Source: Oscillospiraceae bacterium (GTDB lineage: Bacteria; Bacillota; Clostridia; Oscillospirales; CAG-272). Taken from it: a DNA stretch of 64,000 nucleotides. Under the pieces are notes generated by a model. The model did not search any database. It saw only the letters and a list, made by a program, of their open reading frames with translations, and was not told the DNA's origin. The stretch lies in contig SVUA01000007.1 of NCBI GenBank assembly GCA_015063485.1, forward strand, positions 4,980-68,979, in the 5' to 3' direction. The position numbers were made by a program, and so were the translations under genes. Below, one piece after another: positions 41,608 to 52,243 of this stretch. Each line of letters opens with the position of its first letter. Position 1 is the stretch's first letter.

Positions 41608-42291
41608 ATGGTCGGCAATATTTTCAATATTTTTTCAAATTTTCTTCATCTGATACTTGGTATCGGCACACAAAAGAACTTTCCTACGCCATTGGAAAGC
41701 GAAAAAGAAAAGCAATACTTCAAAGCCATGGAAAACGGTGATACTCACGCGCGGGAGCAGTTGATATTACACAATCTGCGCCTTGTGTCGCATATCGTCA
41801 GAAAATATTACGCATCGGCAAAAAACCAAGAGGACCTCGTATCAATAGGCACTCTCGGGCTTATAAAGGCGGTAGACACATTTCGAGTATCAAACGGCGC
41901 GCGCTTCGCTACATATGCCGCGCGATGCATACAAAACGAGATACTTATGCATTTCAGAGCGCAAAAAAAGCTCTCGGCAGAGGTATCAGTAAATGACACT
42001 ATCGATATCGATAGAGACGGGAATCCATTGACATACATCGACGTCATAAGCTGTGACGAGGATATTCCTCTTGAGATAGGTCGAAAGATATCAGCCGAAA
42101 AGGCTCTGCGCTTTGTTGACACCGTGCTTGACGAGCGAGAACGACGAATAATCGTAATGCGTTACGGACTCGGCGGCTCTGCGCCGCTCACCCAAAAGCA
42201 GGTAGCGGAGCTTTTGAAAATATCGCGCTCCTACGTAAGCCGACTTGAAAAAACAGCTCTCGAAAAGCTAGCTTCGGCAATGGGAGTATAA
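41608..42291 (+). CDS. sigK: Sporulation sigma factor SigK (pro-sigmaK), uninterrupted
   Basis: HNLRLVSHIVRKY, EDLVSIGTLGLIKA, TYAARCIQNEILMHFR, ISRSYVSRLEK; AGGAGG RBS. Confidence 0.88.
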   Translation: MVGNIFNIFSNFLHLILGIGTQKNFPTPLESEKEKQYFKAMENGDTHAREQLILHNLRLVSHIVRKYYASAKNQEDLVSIGTLGLIKAVDTFRVSNGARFATYAARCIQNEILMHFRAQKKLSAEVSVNDTIDIDRDGNPLTYIDVISCDEDIPLEIGRKISAEKALRFVDTVLDERERRIIVMRYGLGGSAPLTQKQVAELLKISRSYVSRLEKTALEKLASAMGV

Positions 42292-42326
42292 AAAAAAGAC
42301 GGTCTTTTTTCAAGACCGTCTGTTTT

Positions 42327-42851
42327 TTATTTAATGAATTTAAATCTATGTCTTAAGTTTATTATATAAAATGTTATCAATCTGGTCAGAGCTATATCGT
42401 AAAGAACGAAAGCGACCTCAAAAAGTACGATGGTGATCGCATATATAAGCAAAGGATCGGTTGCGTTTGGCATCAAAAGAAATTTAACGATCAAAAAGAG
42501 TGCGATCAATGAAACGTTGAATATAACTTCCTTTAACAGCCACGCTATCGGCTTCTTGAATCTTTCAAGCTTTTCCTTTATTATCGGATAATAGCCAAGA
42601 AATACGACATACATAAAGGCGGGCGTCTTGTTTGGCAACAGTATAAGCGAAAGCACGCCCGTTGATGCAAACACGAGCCACGGAGCTGCTCCGCCATATT
42701 CTATAACAGCAAAGATACAAAGCAGTGAAGCGAGTGCCGCCATAGCGATATCCATTACCTCTACCACCGAGCCAAGCAAAAGAAGAACAACGCCAAGTGC
42801 GCAGAGCATAGCGCACACGGTCAATCTTTTAGTATTGTTTTTTTGTGCCAT
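42327..42851 (-). CDS. Conserved hypothetical membrane protein
   Basis: Five to six TM segments; GYYPIIKEKLE; translationally linked to the J-domain gene. Confidence 0.75.
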   Translation of the reverse strand: MAQKNNTKRLTVCAMLCALGVVLLLLGSVVEVMDIAMAALASLLCIFAVIEYGGAAPWLVFASTGVLSLILLPNKTPAFMYVVFLGYYPIIKEKLERFKKPIAWLLKEVIFNVSLIALFLIVKFLLMPNATDPLLIYAITIVLFEVAFVLYDIALTRLITFYIINLRHRFKFIK

Positions 42852-42863
42852 ATCGAGCACCTA

Positions 42864-43499
42864 TCAGCAGCAGGAAATAAGGTCTCCGCCACAGCACTCG
42901 CAGCAACAGTCAGCGCAAAGGAGTCCCGAACATATGTCACATCCCGAGCATCCGCCTGAACCCGACGTCTGATATCCGCCGCCGTAACCACCGGCGCGTG
43001 AGCGAAGTCTCTCCTGCGCCGCTCTGTACTCTCGGTTATAAGGATCCATCGAGCAAGCGGTGTCAAAATATCTCTGCGCGTCAACGTATCTGTTGCGCTT
43101 TATCATAACGCACCCCATAAGGAAATGCCACTCGGCAACTCTGTCGCCCTCGTGCACCTCATTAAGAAGTCTTTCCGCCTCTGCGTCGTTACCCATATTA
43201 AGCAATCTTCTTATCTCGTTATAGCGAGGATTTCCCGAAGCGGACGAAGAGCCCGCGTAGGAGCCTCCGTTGTTGTTATATCCGCCTTGATTACCTGTAT
43301 GCGCACCGTTTTCGCGTTGATTTTTTATCTCCTCGTAAGCGGCGTTAACTTCCTTCATCTTCTCACTTGCAAGGTCGGCAAGGTCGCTGTCGCGGTACTT
43401 GTCGGGGTGATACTTACGCGCAAGATTGCGGTAGGCTTTCTTTATTTCTTCATCTGTCGCGTCGGGCGATACCCCGAGCACCTTATATGGATCAGTCAT
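42864..43499 (-). CDS. J-domain protein with TPR-like region and Cys-rich C-terminus
   Basis: DPYKVLGV...YHPD; ends [28 protein letters not shown]. Confidence 0.88.
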   Translation of the reverse strand: MTDPYKVLGVSPDATDEEIKKAYRNLARKYHPDKYRDSDLADLASEKMKEVNAAYEEIKNQRENGAHTGNQGGYNNNGGSYAGSSSASGNPRYNEIRRLLNMGNDAEAERLLNEVHEGDRVAEWHFLMGCVMIKRNRYVDAQRYFDTACSMDPYNREYRAAQERLRSRAGGYGGGYQTSGSGGCSGCDICSGLLCADCCCECCGGDLISCC

Positions 43500-44391
43500 C
43501 TGTAAGTCCGTCCTTTCGGTTTTTTAGTTTCTTTTTTTCATCTGAACCGCAAAGTATCTCTCTGACCTTGGCGGGACAGCCTATATATAGTATGTTGCAA
43601 ATTATATTTTGTACCATCTCATTGTCAAAATCTATAAGGTCGATAGCCGCCTCTACGTCGCACAATTCGTTTTTAAGCGCGTCCTCCATAGACATAAGCG
43701 ATTCTTTTTTCGGCATTCCATCGTAAAGAAGGAGAAAAGGATTGTATCTTTCTTTTTTTGCGTCGTCCTCAAGGTCGTCGAGCGCGTCTATTATATAGAT
43801 CCATTTACCAACTCCCTTGCCAACCGTAGAAGCGATACGCGCGTCGCAGCCTTCAAGTCCATACGATACTATATCCGCAAGAATATCTCCAAACACCTCG
43901 GCAGGCGCGTCAACGCTCGCCATCTTCTGCGCTTCAAGCTCGGAAAGCTTACGAAGATCTTGCGCAATACGCGTGTCAAGCTCGGAAAGCCCTGCGCGGA
44001 GCGCCTTTTTCCGAGCGCGTGTCACAAATGGCTTTGCCAAAAGAGCTCGTATTTTCTTAAATCCCTTTTCGTCTGCAAGATCGTCCATTATCTTATGATA
44101 ATTCAAAAGTGCCGCCGCGTTTGCGCAATATTCGAGCGCGGGATTTCTACGCATTGAATTTCTTTTCTTCAAAGGGTGAGCAAGACAACGCTTTTGTTCA
44201 AAGGATACGGGAGTCTTTTCCATTCCTATCCTGAACATTGCCAAAAAAACGAAGTCGTAATTAAGCGTCATACGAGAGCATTGTCCCGTGCATTTTCCCA
44301 TTGACCGACAAAGACCGCAATACGCACCTTTATAATATTCGTACTCCTTGACCTTCAGCTCGGGACTGTTCACCTTTACGTATCCAAACAC
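43492..44391 (-). CDS. DUF5685-family protein
   Basis: [37 protein letters not shown]; GTG start after GGAGG. Confidence 0.8.
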   Translation of the reverse strand: MFGYVKVNSPELKVKEYEYYKGAYCGLCRSMGKCTGQCSRMTLNYDFVFLAMFRIGMEKTPVSFEQKRCLAHPLKKRNSMRRNPALEYCANAAALLNYHKIMDDLADEKGFKKIRALLAKPFVTRARKKALRAGLSELDTRIAQDLRKLSELEAQKMASVDAPAEVFGDILADIVSYGLEGCDARIASTVGKGVGKWIYIIDALDDLEDDAKKERYNPFLLLYDGMPKKESLMSMEDALKNELCDVEAAIDLIDFDNEMVQNIICNILYIGCPAKVREILCGSDEKKKLKNRKDGLTDD

Positions 44392-44591
44392 GGACGAACA
44401 CCTCCAAAAAGCAAAATAGGACACTATCCATTTAATAATATCGCAAATGAGAGAAAATTACAATACTTTTTTGTAAACATTTTTAATAAAATGTAAATAT
44501 TCGCATATTTTTTCAAAAAATATGTCTTTTGAAACAAAAAAGACTGCTTTTCGGCAGTGTTTTGCCAAATTAAACAGTCTTTTTATAAATA

Positions 44592-45329
44592 TTATTCCTC
44601 TTTCAAAACGACCTGTGCCTCAAGGCAAACATCGCCCGCGGTATTAAACGTGCGAAAATAATATATTCCGTCCTTTTCACAGCCATTGATCGAAACGGTA
44701 TCCTCAAACGCCGCCTCGCGCAAAAACGAAAGCGTCATACCCTTGATCTTTTCTATCTTATCTATCGGCATATGATCGCAGAGCATATCGGGATATCGCG
44801 TATTATTCATATGCATATTATTATCGATATCCGAGTAAAGTATTTTCTTTGTACCAAGTTCGCAAAGCTCTCTGTCATCTGGCAACTTAAATCTTTTCGG
44901 CAGATCAAGTGTGAGTGGCTCTTCGTCCTCAAATTCAAATCCGCAATCCTCTATGCGACAAATAGTTTTATTTCTGATATCAACGAGTGCCCATACAGTA
45001 TGCGCTTCGGCTATTATCTCTTCTCCGCGCAATATCCTGAAGCATCTGATAAATGAAAATCCCTTTGACGCGCAGGTCCACGTTTGAACGTCTATCTCCT
45101 CGTATGCGCGAAGCGGCATATATATATAAAGCGATATTTTACTAAGGATAAACGCAAGATTTCTATCGCTGCGCAAATTTCCAAGAGAATAACCGCTTGA
45201 GGCTATGTGCGCGCTTGAGGTCTCCTGCATATAAACAAGCAGTCTGGACGCACGTACCGCGCGGTCGATGCCCGTATCATGCCAATTAGTTGTGTAACGT
45301 CGTGTAAATTTCATAATTTGCTCCATCAT
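44592..45329 (-). CDS. Acyl-ACP thioesterase
   Basis: YSDIDNNMHMNNTRY catalytic motif; hot-dog fold pattern. Confidence 0.85.
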   Translation of the reverse strand: MMEQIMKFTRRYTTNWHDTGIDRAVRASRLLVYMQETSSAHIASSGYSLGNLRSDRNLAFILSKISLYIYMPLRAYEEIDVQTWTCASKGFSFIRCFRILRGEEIIAEAHTVWALVDIRNKTICRIEDCGFEFEDEEPLTLDLPKRFKLPDDRELCELGTKKILYSDIDNNMHMNNTRYPDMLCDHMPIDKIEKIKGMTLSFLREAAFEDTVSINGCEKDGIYYFRTFNTAGDVCLEAQVVLKEE

Positions 45330-45413
45330 TACGATTGTTTATTATAAAAATGATACCACAAAATAATGAACATTTTAGGGCAAAAAAGAAAATATTTTTA
45401 ATTATCTTTATTT

Positions 45414-45851
45414 TTAAGTTATTGAAGTACCGTCCGCCGTAGGCGCCACCGCGCCGTTTTGTTGCGTTTGAAGTATCGGAGATGCCGTAGGCGCTACGCC
45501 AAGCGTCTGACCGAGTCCAAAGCTTACGGCTATGGCGGCATTCACCTCGTTCATCATATCGTCGTCGAGATGTCCCATCTTCTCCTTAAGTCTGCGCTTA
45601 TCAAGCGTTCTTATCTGTTCCAAAAGTATTACCGAGTCCTTTGCAAGTCCGACCTTGTCCGCATAAACGTCAATATGGGTCGGCAACCGAGTCTTGCCCA
45701 TTCTTGAGGTGATAGCCGCCGCAATAACGGTAGGGCTGTAACGGTTACCAATATCATTTTGAATTATCAAAACAGGACGAAGTCCGCCTTGCTCCGAGCC
45801 GACCACGGGACTGAGATCGGCATAATAAATATCTCCGCGTTTTACGCTCAT
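45414..45851 (-). CDS. PemK/MazF (NdoA-like) endoribonuclease
   Basis: [45 protein letters not shown]. Confidence 0.93.
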   Translation of the reverse strand: MSVKRGDIYYADLSPVVGSEQGGLRPVLIIQNDIGNRYSPTVIAAAITSRMGKTRLPTHIDVYADKVGLAKDSVILLEQIRTLDKRRLKEKMGHLDDDMMNEVNAAIAVSFGLGQTLGVAPTASPILQTQQNGAVAPTADGTSIT

Positions 45852-45890
45852 TTCATTTCACACTCCAAATACTGTTTTTCCGTACATGTA

Positions 45891-45920
45891 TATTTTTACC
45901 GTGACTTCATCTTCTTAAAC
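45891..45920 (-). promoter_or_regulatory. sigmaF-like promoter of the MazF gene
   Basis: GTTTA-15-GGTAAAAATA on the minus strand. Confidence 0.55.
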
Positions 45921-46001
45921 ACGGATACAAATAATTTACGGGTGGAATTTTTAGCCTATTCTGAAGCTTCCGCCTCGTTAACAGTATATGAAGATACAAA
46001 G

Positions 46002-46032
46002 AGCCTTGGCAAACTCTATGTTTGCCAAGGCT
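46002..46032 (-). terminator. Hairpin/terminator separating the 822-aa gene from mazF
   Basis: AGCCTTGGCAAAC-TCTAT-GTTTGCCAAGGCT. Confidence 0.65.
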
Positions 46033-46048
46033 GAAATTATCATTATAA

Positions 46049-48517
46049 TTATGCTGCTTTTACAACGCCGTTTGCGGTAATGTTGACCTCAACGTTTATA
46101 AGCGCCGCAAGTGCAACTATGCTTCTATCGAAGTTAGGATCTGCCTTTTCTTCAGCGGTAGCATTCTGCCACTTGTTGTTGAGCGCGTTAACAAGATCGT
46201 TAGTCTCGCTTTCGTTCAAGGTTCTCTCGGAGTTCAAGGGGTCAAGCTGAGGAGTATCGCCCTCTCCGTAAACGTGATCGATTATCGTCTGAGATACGAC
46301 TTGAGAATCCATCATATCGTTTACGTACTGCTCAGCGGTAACGCCCGTAGCACTTTCCTCTCCGAATACCGTTTCATGAGAGCTATCTATATTCATAGCA
46401 GTATTAAGCACGTTGTTTACCGCTGCCGTCTCTTTTTCGAGCTGCTCGTCGGACATTCCCGCTTCCTTTGCATCTCCAAGACCGCCAAGCATATCGGACA
46501 TCATGCTCGAAGCAGGCTCTGCGCTCTTTTCGGGCACACCGTTCTCCTTCATAACGCTCGGCGTTGTAACGGTTTGCATGGTCTTTGCGCTCTCGGGCGT
46601 AAGATCCTTCAAAAGCGTACTTACAGCTTCTTTAGAATCACCCTTGTTGGAAACAACCTGAAGTACGTCGACCGTTTGACCAAGTGTCCTCATTTGCACG
46701 GTATAACTACCCTTCTTTGCTCCGCTATTAATAGAGTCTGCTATATCAGTAGCTTGAATATGGTCAAATCCAACGTTTTTGCTTACCTTATCGGATTGAA
46801 GAATAGCTACAAGCAAAGTTTCCGTACAATCCACACCAACCGTCTCGGTCTCCGCAAACGCATCAAGCACAGGACCTAACTCCATAACAGTCGTTACAGT
46901 ATCGTTATTTTCCTTAAGCTGATCCGAAAGAGTTACTACCGAATGTAAAGCCTTTGCAAGCTTTACTGCCTCTGCCGCTTTATCGGTTATCTCATGATCC
47001 TTAAGATCTATATCGACAGCAGTAACGAGAACGCTCTTTTCGCAGAAGTCATCTTTGGACAGGATTATCTCCTGCTCCGCAAGCCACTTTGTCATATCAG
47101 CACCGTTTGCATCCGCAACAGCGGCAGCCTTCATGTTATCATCGCTTACCTTTATGCCGTACTTATCAAAGAGCTTTTTATACTCAGTCTGTGCGTTTGC
47201 GATAGCCTCTTCGTTAGAAGGATCTGTACCTGCGTCTATATTTGCAAGATCAGCAAGGAAGTCCTCGTATAAACCATCCATATCGTGACGGATCTCAAGA
47301 GAATCGCAGAGCACCTCTACGCCGTAATTCATAAGTCCGCCGACTACTCCGTCAAGATGATCGTTGTCGAGAAGCTCAAACAATATCTTTTGTGTAACGT
47401 CTTCGTTTTCAAGAACCGAAATGAAGTTGCTCTTTACATCGTCAAAAGCTTCTGCTTCAACGATACAAGCGATAATATTCGCGATGGTATGGGCGTCCAT
47501 TTTTACGGTTTCAACATTGCTATCGTCAAAGGTCTTGTACAATTCCTTTGCAATACCGTCTGAATTTTTACCCAAAGAAGGAGCTTTTACACCTGCAAAC
47601 TCTTCGCCCTCGCTCCAACTGCCCGAAGCAGAATCGAGAAGCTCCGCAGTAGCTGCGGGAAGGAATTTCGTTTCCTCAAAGGCATCTCCGACCTCGCGAA
47701 CGACACTTGCCGCTTCCGCGCGGTTGATATTCTTATCTTTTACTGCATGAACGGCTTCTCCGATAGCTGTAATAAGCTTCGTCTCGGTCGTCAGATCGGA
47801 TTTTTGACCCCCAAGCTCATAGCTTGTCATATTAGCGACCAAAATGTCTCCGCCAAGCGTTTTTACCGTCTTTGTTCCAATATTTTCACAAGCAGCGTCG
47901 GTGACCTCGGCAACGGTAGTGAATACTTCGTCATCGCTTCCGATCATCATCATAACACCGTTAGCTACCGTAACGTACGCCGTGATAGGCGCTGCCAATA
48001 CGATAAACAAGCAAAGAGCGTAAACTCCGCCGAGAGCCATACCGACAATGCCGCCCTTTTTGTTTTTCAAAAGTTTCTTCTTGGAAAGCTTTTTGCCCTT
48101 TGCATCGCGAAGAACCTCATCAGTATCGTTCTTGCTTGTTATCTTCTTGAGCGCATATGCCAAAGAAGGTACGAACAGACCGATTATACCGCGGACGATC
48201 GTAAAGATAAAATAAAACATTATCGGAGCGACAAACATCGCAATGAACGCACCTATCAATCCCGAAGCGGAGGGCATTGCGCTAAATGCCTGCGCCATAT
48301 CCTCAGGCAGCAATTTGAGCACTTCCTTCAAAACGATCTCTCCCAATTTTTTTCCGAGGAATGCCGAAGCTATGACCGCAATAACAGCGGAAGCAACTAC
48401 GTTCACAAGACGAAACGCCGAATATTGCCACGCATACTGCCGTCCCTTAATTACCCCGCAGAGAACGGAAATCACCATCCATCCGATAATAACTCCCGAA
48501 ACTATCCAAAAAATCAT
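46049..48517 (-). CDS. Large hypothetical protein with N-terminal TM segments and acidic helical soluble domain
   Basis: 822-aa ORF with AAGGAG RBS; about four TM helices in the first 190 aa. Confidence 0.8.
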   Translation of the reverse strand: MIFWIVSGVIIGWMVISVLCGVIKGRQYAWQYSAFRLVNVVASAVIAVIASAFLGKKLGEIVLKEVLKLLPEDMAQAFSAMPSASGLIGAFIAMFVAPIMFYFIFTIVRGIIGLFVPSLAYALKKITSKNDTDEVLRDAKGKKLSKKKLLKNKKGGIVGMALGGVYALCLFIVLAAPITAYVTVANGVMMMIGSDDEVFTTVAEVTDAACENIGTKTVKTLGGDILVANMTSYELGGQKSDLTTETKLITAIGEAVHAVKDKNINRAEAASVVREVGDAFEETKFLPAATAELLDSASGSWSEGEEFAGVKAPSLGKNSDGIAKELYKTFDDSNVETVKMDAHTIANIIACIVEAEAFDDVKSNFISVLENEDVTQKILFELLDNDHLDGVVGGLMNYGVEVLCDSLEIRHDMDGLYEDFLADLANIDAGTDPSNEEAIANAQTEYKKLFDKYGIKVSDDNMKAAAVADANGADMTKWLAEQEIILSKDDFCEKSVLVTAVDIDLKDHEITDKAAEAVKLAKALHSVVTLSDQLKENNDTVTTVMELGPVLDAFAETETVGVDCTETLLVAILQSDKVSKNVGFDHIQATDIADSINSGAKKGSYTVQMRTLGQTVDVLQVVSNKGDSKEAVSTLLKDLTPESAKTMQTVTTPSVMKENGVPEKSAEPASSMMSDMLGGLGDAKEAGMSDEQLEKETAAVNNVLNTAMNIDSSHETVFGEESATGVTAEQYVNDMMDSQVVSQTIIDHVYGEGDTPQLDPLNSERTLNESETNDLVNALNNKWQNATAEEKADPNFDRSIVALAALINVEVNITANGVVKAA

Positions 48518-48568
48518 GTCAAAAAATCTCCTTTTTATTTTTTACGGCTTCTGCCGAGAAATACTTGA

Positions 48569-49153
48569 TCATTTACCGCAATATCTATGATAATCCTCGG
48601 AAAGCAATGCACATATTCCAACCGTACGGTACTTCCCTTTGACGAGCATAGATTCTCGTCTGAAGCCCTCGAAACTCATACCCAGCTTATCCATCACATG
48701 CAAAGACGCGCGATTCCCCTCCATAAATTTTGCCTCTATCCTATGAAGTCCTATAACGTCAAAGCCAAATCTCAAAGCTTCGCTTGCCGCCTCCGTGCCA
48801 TATCCCTTACCGTGAAAATCGGGATTCAATACATATCCTATTTCTCCCACGTTGTTAGGCATATCGATACGAGTGAAGCCGCAAGTTCCTATCATTTTTC
48901 CGCTTGACCTTTCGATCACCGCCCAATCGTAGAAATCTCCGACGTCATAACGTGTCTCTATATACTTAAGATATTCCCTCGTATAAGACACTGATCGATG
49001 CGGCGACCACAAAAGATAAGTCGTTACATCCTCTCTTTGCGCGTAATCAAACATATCGTTTGCATCGCTCTCCTTCATCGGACGCAAGATAAGACGCTCT
49101 GTCCTAAGAGTTGGCATAGCCGAAAAAATCTTATAAATTTTTTCGCGTTTCAT
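48569..49153 (-). CDS. GNAT acetyltransferase, RimJ/RimL-like
   Basis: TERLILRP, EIGYVLNPDFHGKGYGTEA, NRAS. Confidence 0.9.
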   Translation of the reverse strand: MKREKIYKIFSAMPTLRTERLILRPMKESDANDMFDYAQREDVTTYLLWSPHRSVSYTREYLKYIETRYDVGDFYDWAVIERSSGKMIGTCGFTRIDMPNNVGEIGYVLNPDFHGKGYGTEAASEALRFGFDVIGLHRIEAKFMEGNRASLHVMDKLGMSFEGFRRESMLVKGKYRTVGICALLSEDYHRYCGK

Positions 49154-49275
49154 ACTCGCATCTCCCTTTTTATATCAATAAGCGAAACCATTACATTTTA
49201 ATTATAATACAACCATGAAAAAATTTCAAGTGTTTTAGGAAAATATATTCATATAACGTATATTTTTCCGCATTT

Positions 49276-49908
49276 TTATAAAAGCTCCGAAAGTTTTACT
49301 ATGTATCTGTCGGATATCGCCTTCATTTCGTCAATATACTCACTCGAGGACGGATCGTATATACCGTACGCCATCATTCCCGCAAGCTTTGCGGTCTTAA
49401 CAGCACCAACGTTATCATCTATAAAAATTATATTCTCGACGCACTCTCCGATTTTTTTTGCCGCCGACTTGTAAATATCGGGATCGGCTTTTGTGTTTTC
49501 AAAATCATCGCACGACCATACGTTTGTAAACAGATCCCATATTCCGATTCGTTTAAGGCAGGGATCAAGAGCATCGTGCGGACTTGCGGTAAGCACATTA
49601 AGATCCGCACCGCGTTCTTTAAGCGCACGAAGCGTGTCAACAACGCTCTCCTTTGCCATTATACGATAAGTATATTCTTCCTTTGCGTATCGGTTCATTT
49701 TAGCAACAAGTGATTCGACCGATTCATCTATTCCAAGTTTGCGGAAATATTCGGCTGTTCCGCGGTATCCCAAAGGCGTAATGATCTTAACAATATCACT
49801 GCCGTATTTTACTTGATTTTCGTCGAGAATACGCAACATGACCGAAACGAACGTAGGCATAGAGTCCACAAGAGTTCCGTCAAAATCAAACAAATACGTT
49901 TTTTTCAT
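49276..49908 (-). CDS. HAD-family hydrolase
   Basis: FDFDGTLVDS, K.DPDIY, IDDN. Confidence 0.9.
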   Translation of the reverse strand: MKKTYLFDFDGTLVDSMPTFVSVMLRILDENQVKYGSDIVKIITPLGYRGTAEYFRKLGIDESVESLVAKMNRYAKEEYTYRIMAKESVVDTLRALKERGADLNVLTASPHDALDPCLKRIGIWDLFTNVWSCDDFENTKADPDIYKSAAKKIGECVENIIFIDDNVGAVKTAKLAGMMAYGIYDPSSSEYIDEMKAISDRYIVKLSELL

Positions 49909-49927
49909 AATATTAAATCCTTTCTGC

Positions 49928-50824
49928 TCAATTTCCATACGCGGATATTATAGAGCCCGCAATGACCTCGCCTATACGTCTGTAACCCGCGGGAGATTTA
50001 TGTACCTGATCGGCATTATAAGGATAAGGCGCTGGGTGTTTATATTGCGTTATTCCCGTATATTCCTCAAGCACGACCTTTCCGTCTCTCCACTGATAAT
50101 AAGACTCTCCCTTTACGTAGCGTATACGCTTATCACTTACGGGATAACCCTTTTCATCAAGACGGTAGGGAGAATACGGCGAGGGCGTTTCGTTTGACTC
50201 AAAGCTGAATACGTTCCACGTATGAGGATTTATACCTGACGTATGGAAAAGATCGCATACGGGTATCGCGTTTCGTCTCGCGACCTCGATCTGAACGTTT
50301 GCCATATTTTCAAGCGATTTTCCCGAGCCCTTTCCTCCTATCTCTCCAAATCCGTCAACGTCTACCCAGGGATATTTTCCCGAGCAATCGACTGTAACGA
50401 TAAGCAATTTACAGGTAAGGTTATTTGCTTTGCGAAGCTCCTCGTATATACGGTCTATGCAATATTGCATCATACCCGCGATAGTTTTATCTCCTCCGCT
50501 TTGAGCGTATCTGTCACCCGCTCTTCCGATAGCGGTATGTCTGCTGTTATATCCTCCAAACAAAACGACAAGGTCCTTATCGGCTACGTCACTTTCGCAA
50601 AGTGGGCGCAAAACTCCCGAAGCGTCGGTATAGTTATCATACTCGCCGCCAAGCCCCTTGTCTCCGTCGACCATAGCCACAAGTCCGATACCGCCCTTGC
50701 AGTGATAATATGTCTCTATTCCGAGTATCTCCTTTACGACCTCGGGATAAACACGTCTTGCTGTAAGAGAATCTCCTATAAACAATACTTTTTTGCCTTG
50801 CCATGATCCATATGTTTTTTCCAT
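49928..50824 (-). CDS. SGNH/GDSL hydrolase
   Basis: IGDSL, GGYN, DQVH..PAGY. Confidence 0.8.
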   Translation of the reverse strand: MEKTYGSWQGKKVLFIGDSLTARRVYPEVVKEILGIETYYHCKGGIGLVAMVDGDKGLGGEYDNYTDASGVLRPLCESDVADKDLVVLFGGYNSRHTAIGRAGDRYAQSGGDKTIAGMMQYCIDRIYEELRKANNLTCKLLIVTVDCSGKYPWVDVDGFGEIGGKGSGKSLENMANVQIEVARRNAIPVCDLFHTSGINPHTWNVFSFESNETPSPYSPYRLDEKGYPVSDKRIRYVKGESYYQWRDGKVVLEEYTGITQYKHPAPYPYNADQVHKSPAGYRRIGEVIAGSIISAYGN

Positions 50825-51025
50825 TTTTATGTCTCCTTGTAATTCTTTTATTACTTTAGTTCATTATAACACCGGGAGAAAATAAAGTCAATAAAACTTT
50901 TACTTTTTGATTTGATATTTTTGCTTTTTCTTTGATTTTTCTGTCTTTTTGTATTTGACAAATTTTTTTCATTATGATATAATATAAATAACTATATGTA
51001 TTTCAAGATATTGTGAGGATAACAA

Positions 51026-51430
51026 ATGTCAATAAGCGACAAATATCTTGCTCTCGTTCAAAACGTTCTTCCCGTTTTATTTGAAAACACGAACAAAGCA
51101 CATCGCATTTCATCGCGCATTTTCAACTGTCATAGAATAGTATCATTCATATACGGAAAAAGACGTTTTTTTGATATATTCGACTTATCCAGCAAAACCT
51201 TAAAGCTACCCGATACGTGCGAAAAGCGACTCATAGCCGAAGAGCTTATCGAGTTTGCGAAAAAATATTCGGACATGCTGCCCGTGTTAATCCCCTGCTC
51301 CGAAAAAGCCGAGGCTATCGTCCTTGAATTTTCCGAGGAGCTTGAAGCTTATTATATAATAGCCGATCCGAACGTTTTCGAGAATTCCTCTCCCATTGAG
51401 AGCTTAGCACGAGCTATTGAAAAGTCTTGA
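51026..51430 (+). CDS. Hypothetical protein resembling the N-terminal domain of D-aspartate ligase
   Basis: LPVLF...FAKKYSDMLPVLIPCSE pattern; first gene of the racemase-murE operon; no ATP-grasp core. Confidence 0.55.
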   Translation: MSISDKYLALVQNVLPVLFENTNKAHRISSRIFNCHRIVSFIYGKRRFFDIFDLSSKTLKLPDTCEKRLIAEELIEFAKKYSDMLPVLIPCSEKAEAIVLEFSEELEAYYIIADPNVFENSSPIESLARAIEKS

Positions 51431-51457
51431 CCAAATACAGAAAGGTGTTGATATATT

Positions 51458-52243
51458 TTGGATAATATGGCATTAGGTATTCTTGGCGGTCTCGGACCTA
51501 TGTCAAGCGTTTATTTTTACGAAATGCTAACGGCGCATACAAAAGCAACGAAAGATCAGCAACACCTTAATATTATAATATCCTCACGCGCCGATACGCC
51601 TGACAGGACCGACTATATACTTGGCTTGAGCAACGAAAGTCCTCTCCCGACTATGATACAGGAGGCGCAAAGGTTAGAACGTGCCGGAGCTGATATCGTT
51701 GCTATTCCCTGCAACACCGCACACTGTTTTTACGAGGGTATATGCGATTCTGTAAATATTCCCATATTAAGCATTATACGCATGACCGTTGAATTTTGCC
51801 GTTCGCTCGGACTAAAAAAGGTCGGACTTTTAGCGACCGAGGGAACAGTTGCCTCACGCGCATACGAAAACGCGCTCAAGGAGGTCGGAATAGACTGCGC
51901 TATACCGAAAAAAGAAGGTCAGCGCACGGTATCCGATATCATTTACGGACAAATAAAAAAAGGGCTCGCTCCCGATATCGACGCTTTTTTAGAGGTAGTC
52001 GACGAATTGCGCAGGGACGGGTGCGAACGAATGATACTCGGCTGTACCGAGTTATCCTTGCTAAAACGCAATCACCTACCGGGTAACGACTTTATAGACT
52101 CGCTTGAGGTACTCGCACTCTCGGCGATCCGCTTTTGCGGAAAAGAACCAAAGAATTTCGACGCGGAACTAATGTCTTTTTCAGTTTCGCCTATCAATAA
52201 TTTTGATCATAGAATCGTGAAAGGAAATAAATCATGCTGTTAA
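51458..52243 (+). CDS. Aspartate/glutamate racemase family (aspartate racemase-like)
   Basis: GILGGLGP, PDRT, IPCNTAH, LGCTELS. Confidence 0.9.
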   Translation: MDNMALGILGGLGPMSSVYFYEMLTAHTKATKDQQHLNIIISSRADTPDRTDYILGLSNESPLPTMIQEAQRLERAGADIVAIPCNTAHCFYEGICDSVNIPILSIIRMTVEFCRSLGLKKVGLLATEGTVASRAYENALKEVGIDCAIPKKEGQRTVSDIIYGQIKKGLAPDIDAFLEVVDELRRDGCERMILGCTELSLLKRNHLPGNDFIDSLEVLALSAIRFCGKEPKNFDAELMSFSVSPINNFDHRIVKGNKSCC

